From: Mytilus californianus
Lineage: Eukaryota
Reading direction: 5' to 3'
DNA length: 64,000 nt
Assembly (NCBI RefSeq): GCF_021869535.1
Contig: NW_026262581.1
Location: 112,654,001 to 112,718,000 of the forward strand
The notes below the pieces were generated by a model. It saw only the letters and a list, made by a program, of their open reading frames with translations, ran no database searches and was not told the DNA's origin. Of the stretch, positions 14,201 to 26,200 are shown piece by piece; the first letter of the stretch is position 1, and each line of letters begins with the position of its first letter. The translations under genes and the position numbers were made by a program.

Positions 14201-17200
14201 ACCCAAACCAGTATATTCAAAAGAAGAGTTCCTAGGAAGAGTTAAGGGCATGGAATCAAGGTTAGCGTTTTTACTTTACTTTTTTTCCGAACGTATGTTT
14301 AAATTAGGACTTTTGCACTAATATTTTAGTCCTATATGTTTGATACTGTTTTGGTGCATCAACACTAAACCAAATTAAATTCATGTTCTATTTCATTCTA
14401 TAAAACTAATATCCTCTATAGCACTTAACTAAGAAATTTAAATTCCTTAGTTTTTTTGTGTGTCAATATTTAGCTTCTTTATCACTTTATTTAGCACAGC
14501 ACTCTGAACCTATCTTGGAACGACGTTTATTCTATCTAAGGTCTACTCATGACTGTTTTTTTCTTTTGTCTCTCATTTTTATCCAGTTGTTCGATGATAT
14601 TAGAAATTACGTCGTCTGATATGTTTTTGTTTCCTGTGCCAATGTCATAGGTATTGTTGAATGGAAATGTTGTGATACTAGTGATTTATCTATTTTCCAG
14701 AGAGATGTTACAAGACATCATTCGCGAGTGTGCTCAAGGATTAAAAGAGATCTCTCACAGAGGATTTTTACCAGGTAAGGATATCAATCATACGCAAAAA
14801 AATTATAAATCAGAAAAAAAAATGTTAAAAGACTCTCAACTTATATAGCATTTAATACATAAAAGCAGATATTCCATATATCTTTTTGTGAAAACGTTAG
14901 GTTGTTTGGTAGCTGGAATTAAATTTTCAAATAGTGTCGTGCTTTGTTTTCAGACATTTCTGAAAGAAATGACTTTTATTTTGAACCAAATACCGACAAA
15001 CGGTACAACAGATGGAAAAGAAGACGAAGGAAGAAGAGAAAACAGGTTCGAGATGGAAAGCAGCAAGAGTTGATATCACCTGATGACAGCTCTGCAGAAG
15101 AAGGAGCCAATAATGAGGAAGACTCCATCCCTCCGGAAAGACCTGATTCACAAATCAAGTTTCGCCGTCGACGCCGAGAAACCTTAAAACAGCTTTTTGG
15201 TAGCGAACAAGCAATGTTATGCTATGATGCTAGTTCGGATCAAACATCTTCAGACAGAGATAATTACCTGTCAGTGGAGAATTACCTTCGTAATGGCGAT
15301 CGTGCCTCAATATCTGACGAGGGTTTAGAGGCGTTTAAGGATGAAAATAACGGTAGATATCTATTTGATAACTGGGTTTATACTTGTAGTGTTTATATAA
15401 GGTTTCTCATAATCACCAGAAACCGATCATTTTCTGAAATCGAATAGCATAAATTTGTTCTATAATATATCACTGTGATACCGAATGATTTAAGATCAGT
15501 AGAAAGAAGAACTTATTTATTAACAAGTTACATATTTGTTCTAAAAGTGATATTCTAATTCAAACATTTGATAAAATAATCGACTGATACATGCATAATC
15601 TATTTGAATTTTGAAAATGTGGCTTGTATTATTCCATGCAGTTTGGAGATATTGTTTGATTGATATTTATCCCTATGAAAAAAAAATGAAAACAACACGT
15701 TATAAATTTCATGCGTCCGAATTAAGGGCATTTCTGGATTTACCTTCATTAGGAACGCTCAAAGCCGAATATCAGTTTAAAAGTTATTTCAAACCCTGCC
15801 TCACTACAGTTTTTTTTGCATAAATAAAAGATGGCAAAATGTTTAAAATAATTTGTCATAAGAATACATAATGAAATATATTACACACACACTCTTGTTA
15901 ATTCAGATGGAATGCATCTTTCGTCACACTACATGCAACAAAAGAAATATACAAGTTCAACCTTTCTTCAACAACTGGGTGCTTACATAGAAAAATCAGA
16001 GGTGTCAACAAAGACTTTAAACGTTCCAGAAGATGGTATGCCACTAACAGAAGGTATCGAAGGGAATGCTAACGATATTATCACGAGAGTAAACAGCCGC
16101 TTTAAAATACTGGATAGGCAAACACACAATAAAATAGAAAGCAAGTTTTTAGACAGACATCAGAATAAAGTGAGTGATGGAACAATTTCAGAATTACCTC
16201 AAAATAGAAATGTTGAGGGATTAAATGTTGAAATAATTCATAGAGAAGAACCGAGTTTTGATCGGAAAGAAATCATTTCATGTGTAAATGGTGAGATGAA
16301 ACATAACATAATCTCAGAGTTGGAATCTCCGGAAAATCACCTTATCATATCTCAAGATTACTTGATTAAAAATGGATACTTATCAGCTCCTGATCAAGTG
16401 TTAGGTGCAAGTAGTTATCGACAAAATTCCTCAGCTGCCGGTCAAGTGTTGGATGCAAGTGGATGTCGACAGAATTTATCAGCACCCGACCAAGTGTTAG
16501 ATGCAAGTGGTTATCGACAAAATTCCTCAACTGCCGATCAAGTGTTTGGTGCAAGTAGTTATCGACGAAATTCATCAGCTATCGACCAAGTGTTGGATGC
16601 AAGTGGTTATCGACAAAATTCCTCAGCTGTCGATCAAGTTTTTGATGCAATTGAGTATCGAAAAAATTCTTCAACTTCCGATCAAGTGTTGGATGCTATT
16701 GATCATCGCCAAAATTCATCAGCTGCCGATCAATTGTTGGATGCAAGTGATAATCGTCAAAATTCCCCAACTGCCGGTCAAGTGTTGGATGCAAGTGATA
16801 ATCGACAAAATTCCCCAGCTGCCGATCAAGTGTTTAGTACAAGTAGTTATCGACGAAATGCATCAGCTGCCGATCAAGTGATGGATGCAAGTGATTATCG
16901 ACAAAATTCATCAGCTGCCGATCAAGTGTTGGATGCAAGTGGTTATCGACAACATTCCTCAACTGCCGATCAAGTGTTGGATACAAGCGCTTGTCGACAA
17001 AATTCATCAGCTACCGATCAAATGTTGGATGCAAGTGTTTATCGACAAAATGCCTCTACTGCCGGTCAAGTGTTGGATGCAAGTGGTTGTCTACAAAATT
17101 ATTCAGCTTCTGACCAAGTGTTAGATGCAAGAGGTTATCAACAAAATAATGTAATAAATGACTATTCCGAACCAAGTCTGCAAAATGAACTTTATTCGTC

Positions 17201-20200
17201 AATGAATTCTACAAGTGAGTGCGATTCAGACCCATTTATACGAGTAGAAACTGTACTGCGGAAGAGTCAACAGTATGGAAATCTTAGCAATAAAACACTA
17301 ACAAAAGGTAGTAGCGAAAACATCGCAGATACCTACAAGCAACCACCTTGTCAACGCTTATACAGTAAAGACAGGAAAAGCGAATTTAACTCAATTTTAA
17401 ATTTAGAACGATCTGTTTTAAAGTTGGCCAAACAGCACCATCAGAAAAATCAGTCTTTGTCCAACAAGAAGTATTCTGAAGGTCAGCTTAAACCTAAACT
17501 TCCTAACATTCACGATGGCAAGGTATCAACTCGAAGTACAGGTAAAGGAAAACAGTCAAAGAATCATAGAAATATCTTGGATAGGTGAGTGGACGTTTAG
17601 AATTGTAATATAATAATATTCTATTTTGAGATTTCTATTTTCATCTTTGTAGGTTGATATTTCGAAAAAGATAAATGAGTATTTCTAGGTTAAGAAATAA
17701 ATTTCAAGTCCTCGGAATGCATTGTGTGTTCGTACTGGCCGACAAAGGAATACACAAATGTGGTAGTGGTATGACGTAAATACAGCACGGGAGTTCTTAA
17801 ACATGAAACTATAATTCTTGTACATTCAAGGTCGTGTGCTCCAGGGAAAGTCAAATAGTAGAAAATAATTCAGTTTTCAGTTTGAGGCCTCCATTATGTA
17901 TCTGAAGGTTCCTACATATATTTACGTTTGTTTGTTGGTGTTTAATACCACTTAGGTAGCACGCCACAGTTAGGTGTGTAGTTTCGCATTTTGGACCCTG
18001 TGGATTTTTCAAATATGATAGCTAGTGTAGAATAAAATTTCATTTTTGGATAGCTGAAGATTAAAATAGCCTTCATAGTGGGTTTATAGGAACATCAAGA
18101 TTATGTAATGTATTTAATATGGGCTGTTTTCTGTATGACAGTCCGTATTTTCATATCCATACCAAATATTGGTTCGGCAATTATTGTAATGTTTTTTTCC
18201 AACTTTATGTCGCACGAACTTTGCAATTAAATTTTACGAAAAAATGAGGCGAAAGACACCCATTTTTTATTTGATCATTTGGTAGATTAATATCAACAGT
18301 TTCTGAAAAGGTATCACTGAAAGGCATTGAAATTCTAGTTTGAACCAAATCGTGGGGGAATATGTGACTTTTTTACCCCCCTTTTTGTAATATTTTATGG
18401 TAAATAAATGCAGAATGTTGCCATGGATACACAAAAAAGGAATTATATTTCACCATTTTAACTTTTAAAAACCAAATCTATGGAAGATACTGATTACATA
18501 CATATGCACATGTATAACACAAACAGTTAGGTTAATGTATTAGAAAGCCAGGAATAGAAGATGATAAAACATTTTGTGGTTCAATTTTAATGTTTTTTTC
18601 TAACTGTGGAGTGCTACCTTAACGTTTATGTTACATTGGTTCAATCATGTCGGCCAGCTTTTGTTTGTGAAGAGAACCACTTTGGTATCCTTCGCCTCTC
18701 TTTATAGAACTGATATTAATCACAGTTTATTGCTAAACTCAGTAAAGATCCGCTTAAATTCCATGTAATAGAAAAATCTAATTTTAAGAATTAAAATTTA
18801 GTTTTGTAAATTAAATACTCACCTTCATAAATTTAGATATCAGTCCACTCGCTGCATTATTCAACCGGAAACCAGCCAGAAAAAAGAACCATACCACTGT
18901 GACCACTCCCACCTGACGCATACGCGTCATAAACCTTCATCATTTGTTTCTTGAACTGACAGACACTAAGGGGGATGGGGACGGGGGGTTTAGGGGGGGG
19001 TCGGGACCTCTGATTTATGAAGGTGAGTATTTAATTTACAAAACTACATCAAATACCTCACCTTCATAAATTTAGATAAACAGAATTTAACGAAGCGCTG
19101 AACCCCCCTCACTAGGAGGAGGAAAAACAACCTGTTGAGCAGCAACTAAGGGTCATAAAGAATAGAGGTTGTCACAATGATGAGGCATAGAGCGTAAATA
19201 CTGGTTATAAAAGGCACTATCTGACCTCCAAAAACCATCTGACATGATTTTCGATATAGAGGAGGAATTAAATATATTCCAAAGAGAGACTAAGGCTCTT
19301 AACTTGATGTTTAGCTAAAACTTCAGACAAGCAGACTTATAGGCCAACATGACAGTATTGCAAATCCAGGTAGAAATGGTTTTAGCAGAAATGTCAGAAA
19401 TTCCTTTTTTAATAGGAATGAACAACCTAGAAGAACCAACAGGTCTTAATTGTGCTGACGAGGCTAGGTACAAAAGCAAAGTTCTCATAGGACATTCGTA
19501 TGGAATGGGGGAAACGTCAATCTCCAAGTTGCAATTCAGACTGGTGGCAAAAAGATCTACTAGTATATGAGAACGATCCCAACGAAGAGTGATCTCCTGA
19601 AACACTGATTGATGAAGTTCCAAATTCGGTGTTCACTGGAACACGTGAACGAGGAAGAGCATCAGACAGAAGATTTTGACTGCCTGGAACATGTCTCACT
19701 GACAAGATTATATCGAGACTGTCACACAGAAGAAGAATTTCCTTCCACAGAAGATACAGAGAAAAGGAATGAGTCCCCCTTGATTCTGAAGCCACTGCTG
19801 TGGAGTTGTCCGTGGCAACCAGAAGTGACTGACCCTGAATCCCAGCCTGAAAATGAAGGAGAGAAAGTGACACAGCTCTCATCTCTAGAAGATTGATGTG
19901 TTCTTCAAACTGAGCACCTGACCAAAGACCTGAAGCTATTTTGCTCTCTAGATAAGCTCCCTAACCCATCAAGCTCGAATCTGTGAACAAAGATAGAATG
20001 GGGTCTTGAGGATACAACAAAACTCCCTTCAGAAGGTGTTTCTCCTGAAGCCACCACTGAAGATATGGTAACATTCGAGGAAGAATTAGAACAAGTGCCT
20101 CCCACAGATGAGAAATTGGGTGCCAAAACTCCGTCAGATACCACTGGATTGGACGAATGTGTAGACGTCCTAGTGGAATGACGCCTTTGATTGAAATCAA

Positions 20201-23200
20201 GAAACTCACCAGCTGAAGAAATTGACAAGCTGGGACAGTTGAAAACTGCATTAAAGCACTGACTAACTTATATACCTTGATTAACGATTACAACTCTGAA
20301 ATTTGGTTTATGGATAATTTTCAGTCAGCTTTTAGGGCATCTAATAGAGCTGCTGTAAATAATACTTTTTGTGATACTCTTGCATTAGCAGAAAAATATC
20401 CTTTAGAGAAGGTTCATTCTAAATTTTGTAAAGCAGTATTAGGACTGAAAAAGACAGCCACTAACATAGGTGCTAGATCAGAATTAGGTAGATTTTCTTT
20501 GGACTCTTATATAAAAACTCAAACACTCATGTATTTTTATAGAATAAACTGTAATTATATTAATCCCCTGGTTAAAGAATCTCTACAAACAAACATAAAT
20601 TTACATTCCGCAGGAATTTATTCTTGGTACTCATTTGCAGATACAATTTTTAAAGATATGAAAATAAACCCAGAAAATTAATCTAATATTAATGTACCTT
20701 TTAAACAATAAAAAAACGTGTTAAAATGTAATATTAAAAAGTGTGTTTCAGAGGAATATGAAAAAACTACTTTAAATAAACTTTCAAAATTGGATACCTC
20801 ATCCAAACTTTGTCTCTATGGGAAATTAAAAACTAATTGTCAGTCTGAGGAATATTTAAATTGCAATAATTTTATACATAGGCAGTTTCTCTCAAAATTT
20901 AGACTCAGTGATCATTCCCTAGGCATTGAATTGGGAAGGTACAGAAACATTCCAAGAGCACAAAGATTATGTAAAAAATGTGGAGTCCTAGATGACGAAT
21001 TTCATTTCTTTTTGTATTGTAACATTAACATATCATTGCGTTCCAATTTTGTTGCTTATCTAAAAGACTATGTACCATTATTTCAACATCTTGATGCATT
21101 TAATAAACTAAAACACATTCTAAACCCCATCCCTGAACTTATTTGTCATATTGGAGTCTTTATTAAGCAGTCTTTAGAACTGAGGGGGTCAGACCCATGT
21201 CAGACAAGCTTATGATTGTGTTTTTTACATAAATTTAAAATTGAAGTCTTAAAATATGTTCTATTATTGTCGAGCCTGCGACTTTTGTCGCAGAAAGCTC
21301 GACATAGGGATAGTGATCCGGCGGCGGCGGCTACGGCGGCGGCGGCGTTAGCTAACTTCTTAAAAGCTTTATATTTTAGAAGGTGGAAGGTCTGGATGCT
21401 TCATACTTTGTATATGGATGCCTCATGTTACGAAGTTTCCGTCAGTCACATGTCCAATGTCCTTGACCTCATTTTCATGGTTCAGTGACTACTTGAAAAA
21501 AAAGTTAAGATTTTTTGTAATGTTAGATTCTCTCTTATTATAAGTAATAGGATAACTATATTTGGTATGTGCGTACCTTGCAAGGTCCTCATGCCCGTCA
21601 GACAGTTTTCACTTGACCTCGACCTCATTTCATGGATCAGTGAACAAGGTTAAGTTTTGGTGGTCAAGTCCATATCTCAGATACTATAAGCAATAGGTCT
21701 AGTATATTCGGTGTGTGGAAGGACAGTAAGGTGTACATGTCCAACTGGCAGGTGTCATCTGACCTTGACCTCATTTTCATGGTTCAGTGGTTATAGTTAA
21801 GTTTTTGTGTTTTGGTCTGTTTTTCTTATACTGTATGCCATAGGTCTACTATATTTGGTGTATGGAATGATTGTAAGGTGTACATGTCTAGCGGGCAGGT
21901 GTCATCTGACCTTGACCTCAGTTTCAAGGTTCAGTGGTCAAAGTTAAGTTTTTGAGTTTTGGTCTTTTATTCTAATACTATATGCAATAGTTCAACTATA
22001 TTTGGTATGTGCGTACCTTGCAAGGTCCTCATGCCCGTCAGACAGTTTTCACTTTACCTTGACCTCATTTCATGGATCAGTGAACAAGGTTAAGTTTTGG
22101 TGGTCAAGTCCATATCTCATATACTATAAGCAATAGGTCTAGTATATTTGGTGTATGGAAGGACTGTAAGGTGTACATGTCCAACTGGCAGGTGTCATCT
22201 GACCTTGACCTCATTTTCATGGTTCAGTGGTTATAGTTAAGTTTTTGTGTTTTGGTCTGTTTTTCTTATACTGTATGCCATAGGTCTACTATATTTGGTG
22301 TATGGAATGATTGTAAGGTGTACATGTCTAGCGGACAGGTGTCATCTGACCTTGACCTCATTTTCATGGTTCAGTGGTCAAAGTTAAGTTTTTTGAGTTT
22401 TGGTCTTTTTTTCTAATACTATATGCAATAGTTCAACTATATTTGGTGTATGGAAATATTTTATGATCTATTTGGCAGTCACGCAGGTTTTATTTGACCT
22501 TGACCTCATTTTCAAGGTTCATTGCTCAGTGTTAAGTTTTTGTGTTTTGGTCTGTTTTTCTTAAACTATAAGCAATAGGTCAACTATATTTGTTGTATGG
22601 AAGAATTGTTAGCTGTACATGCCTGCCTAGCATGGTTCACCTGACCTTGACCTCATTTTCATGGTTCATTGGTCAATGTTAAGGTTACTTGGTTAATGTT
22701 AAGTTTATGTGACAGTTGTAATAAAGCTTTATATTTAGGACTATCAACATAATATCAATGATTAGTAAAGAAGGCGAGACATTTCAGCGTGTGCACTCTT
22801 GTATTGTATTGTATTACATTGTATTGCATTGTATTTTAAATGTATAATTGTTTGTATTGCTTGACCCTTATGGGTGTAATTTTGCAATAAAGATTATTAT
22901 TATCTTCTCTTCTGGAGGAAGAACTAGACCCATATCCGTCTGAAAATGTTCTCCCAGGAAAATAAAATTCTGACTGGGAATTATATCTGATTTTCCCCAT
23001 GAAATAAAAAACCCAGTTTCAGGAGTAATTGGATAGCCAAATTGCTGTGTTCCTCCAGAAGAGAATCGTCTAGGTAGGAGTGAATGAGTACCGCCTGGAT
23101 TGAAGATAAGACACCACAGTCTGAAAAATCCTGGTAAAAACTAGGGGAGCAGTAGAAAGGCCAAAGGTAGCAATACACAGTAAGAAGTTTAGTTTCGCAT

Positions 23201-26200
23201 TATGGCCATGGTGAATTTTTTAAATATGAAAGTTTTTGTACAATAAAATTAATTTTTAGATAGTTGAAGAATAATATAGCCTTCGAAGTGGGTTTATATG
23301 AACATTTAGATTGTTTTAGCATGTTTTATAGGCCATTTTTCTGTTTGACAATCCGTATTTTCCTATCCGTACCGCCCATAGGTCCAGAAATTATTGTAGT
23401 GTTTATCAACAAAGATTTTACGCTCGATCTTTTCAATTCAATTTTATGGAAAAACGAGCAGAAAGGCATATGAATATTTTTGGACCTCTTGATAGATAAA
23501 TGTCTATGGTTTCAGGAAAGGTATCACTCTAATTGATAGAAATTTTACTTTGGATCAAGTTTTGGAGACTTTTGTGACATTTTCACCCCCCTTTTTGCAA
23601 TATTTTGTATCAAATAAATGCAGATTGTTGCCATGGTTACACCAAAAAGAGATTATATTTCACCTTTTTAACTAATGAAAATAAAATCTATGGAAGATGC
23701 TCTTTCCAGAAATATACACATACATAACACAAATAGTAAGCCTTATTTATTAGATAGGAAGGAAAAGAGGGTGGTTAAAAATTATGAGTGTCAATTTTAA
23801 GATTTTTTCCTAACTGTGTATTGCTACCAAAAAGCATAGCCTTGAAATTGTACAATTTGTCTGCCCAAACCAGTCTCAGGAAATGACGAAACTTGGGAGA
23901 AATCGGGATGTGAAAATAAGCATCCATCAAATCTAGAGAGGTCGTCCAAATTCCTTAATGAAGTGTCGACTTGATTGATCTGTTGGTTTCCATTTTGAAA
24001 TGTAGGACCACCAGATACTGATTCAGAACAGAAAGGTCTAGAACCGGTCTCATTTTCCCGTTCTTCTTGGATAATAAAACCCTAGATGAAAAGGAGGATT
24101 TACCTCCTCCAACACACCCTTCTGAACTAGAATGTTCACTTCATCTTCCTGTACCAAGTCCGGAATATGACAGTTGTTGTCCATTCGTTTGATGTGTTTG
24201 TGCTTTTGATTTTGCCATTTAATTAGGGACTTTCCGTTTTGAATTTTCCTCGGAGTTCAGTATTTTTGTGATTTAACTTTTTGCAACAACTGATTCTTTT
24301 GAGAATCCTTTGTCACTGACAGATTGATTGAAATATGAGACTGTTCCAAAAACGGAAGCTCCAATCCCCCCGTAAAATCGAAAGCACCACTTGTCTGAAG
24401 TTATCAGAGACCAATGATATAGAAAGTGGGAAAGCCTGCTTCCAACTGGAAGATGAGAAAGAGGAGTTGTATAATGTTCCTCTTCCAGTGGGGATGGATT
24501 TAACGGCGGGGACAACACATCACTTACCCTGCTTCTTACCCTTTACAACTTTGGCTTTCTTGCCACCTGAAAGGTTAGGACAAGAGACAGCCGATCTCTT
24601 CATAGACTGTGAAGAAGAAGAGGAAGAAGAAGCCCTGGGCTGATGAGAGGAAGAAGGCTTGGGCTGATGAGAGGAAGAAGGTTTGTTAATCTTAGTTGTC
24701 TTGACAATTCATTTTCCATCCGTGACCTTAACATCCACCTTGACAACAGGAGGAGCCTTATTCACCTCCTCCTGTAGCTGATCAAAGGAAACAGAGAACA
24801 ACTTGTCCTAAGACAGAGAAGACCTTAGAAGACTCTCCTGGAAAGCTTCAGAGACAGTCGATGTAGCAAGAATCTCCTGTCTCTTAGCAAGAATAAAATT
24901 GGCCAAGGTGTCAAGAATAAGGAATTGAGAAATTCCAAGACTCTTGTCTACCTGTAGAAGCAAAGACTTCAAGTCTGAAAATTCCACCCCTGTGTCCTTT
25001 AAAAGAGACCAAGCTGCCGCCAAATAGTGTTCAGCTGTCTCAAGAACATAAGTTAGAAACCTCAGATTATTCTCTGATTTTACATATGAATACTGAGAAA
25101 GTCTGAGGCCGTTCACAGGTTTCGAACCCAGTAATCTAGAAAAAAAACCTTTTCAAAAATTGGAGCAGACATACCCAAGAAAAATCCATGAATCTTGGAT
25201 CTGGTTTTCCCTGAATAATAGGCAGGTCCGAAACCAGAGAACTTACTATCACCAGGTGTTAGCATGGTTCTCAGCCAAAGACGAGTTAACAAAAGCCAAA
25301 GCTGTTGTGAAATGACCCGACTCTGGAAAAGAATGATACCCTTTAAATCTGGCTTGACTAAACAAGAGCAAGCCAAAAAACCTGAATGGACATTAGAAAC
25401 CCTTGGTGGAGTATACATGGGCATATCCGACAAATCCCTACGAATGGAACAAATTAGACTCCTAAGACATTCTGAGGAGTTGCCTGAAGAAGGCTCCTTA
25501 GTATCCATAGCATCTTTCTCTGTGCTCCCAACACTGTCATTATCAGATGAAGCACATTGGTCTTCAAGAAAGTTAAGTTCTTGTCTTCTTGGAGCTGAGG
25601 AAACAGAATCATCTTCCACCAGATGTCTAGAAAGTGTGGGAGGATCCTATGGAGGATCCTGAGACAGACCCTTAAACTCCATAAGGGCAAGCCTGTTACC
25701 AAACTCAATGAATTTTGCATTAACAGATGCTTGCATGTTATGGATAGAAGTGGTTAGAGTCTTTATCTCATACTTAAAAGATGATGATTCTGGACTGCTT
25801 TCCACGGGATCCCTGACCAGACCAGACTGACTGAGCCGAATACGGATCGAAGGGCTGAGGATAAGGAGGCAAGGTGGGCATACCCATAGCCATGGGAGGG
25901 TAGGCAAAATTTATAGGCCACCTAGTCCTGGAAAAGGGGTCACTCCTGATACCAACTGGAAGCGTCTCCTGCATACTTGTGCAAGAAACAGGAAACATTG
26001 GTATCTCTTTAGGCCTGGTTACGTTATGAGATACCCTACTAGGCCTAGATAACCTCAACTGACTAGCACCAGAAGTGAAGGGCAAAGTTCTAACAGGGCC
26101 TGGGTCCTGTTCCAGACTCACACTAGAAACACCAGGGATAAACTGAGATCCCATACCTCTATCCCAAAACTTATCCGAATGAGTGACCGAACGCCAAGAG

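Larger units (their letters stand above)
19625..24520 (-). pseudogene. DIRS reverse transcriptase / RNase H, fragmented by insertions, stops and frameshifts
   Basis: PVGSRLSHFL pol start (about 24440); KNGKMRPVLDLSVLN...SLDLMDAYFHIPISPKFRHFLRL (about 24070-23870); FGLSTAP just below 23166; YLDD at 23065-23076; GRLHIRPIQW...LFTDSSLMG (20150-19961). Confidence 0.85.

Noticed and set aside
13555-16881. Overlapping alternative-frame and antisense ORFs (for example 13748-14191 minus, 16501-16881 plus)
   Set aside because: Shadows of the real repeat-containing exons; frames stay open because the repeats are multiples of 3.
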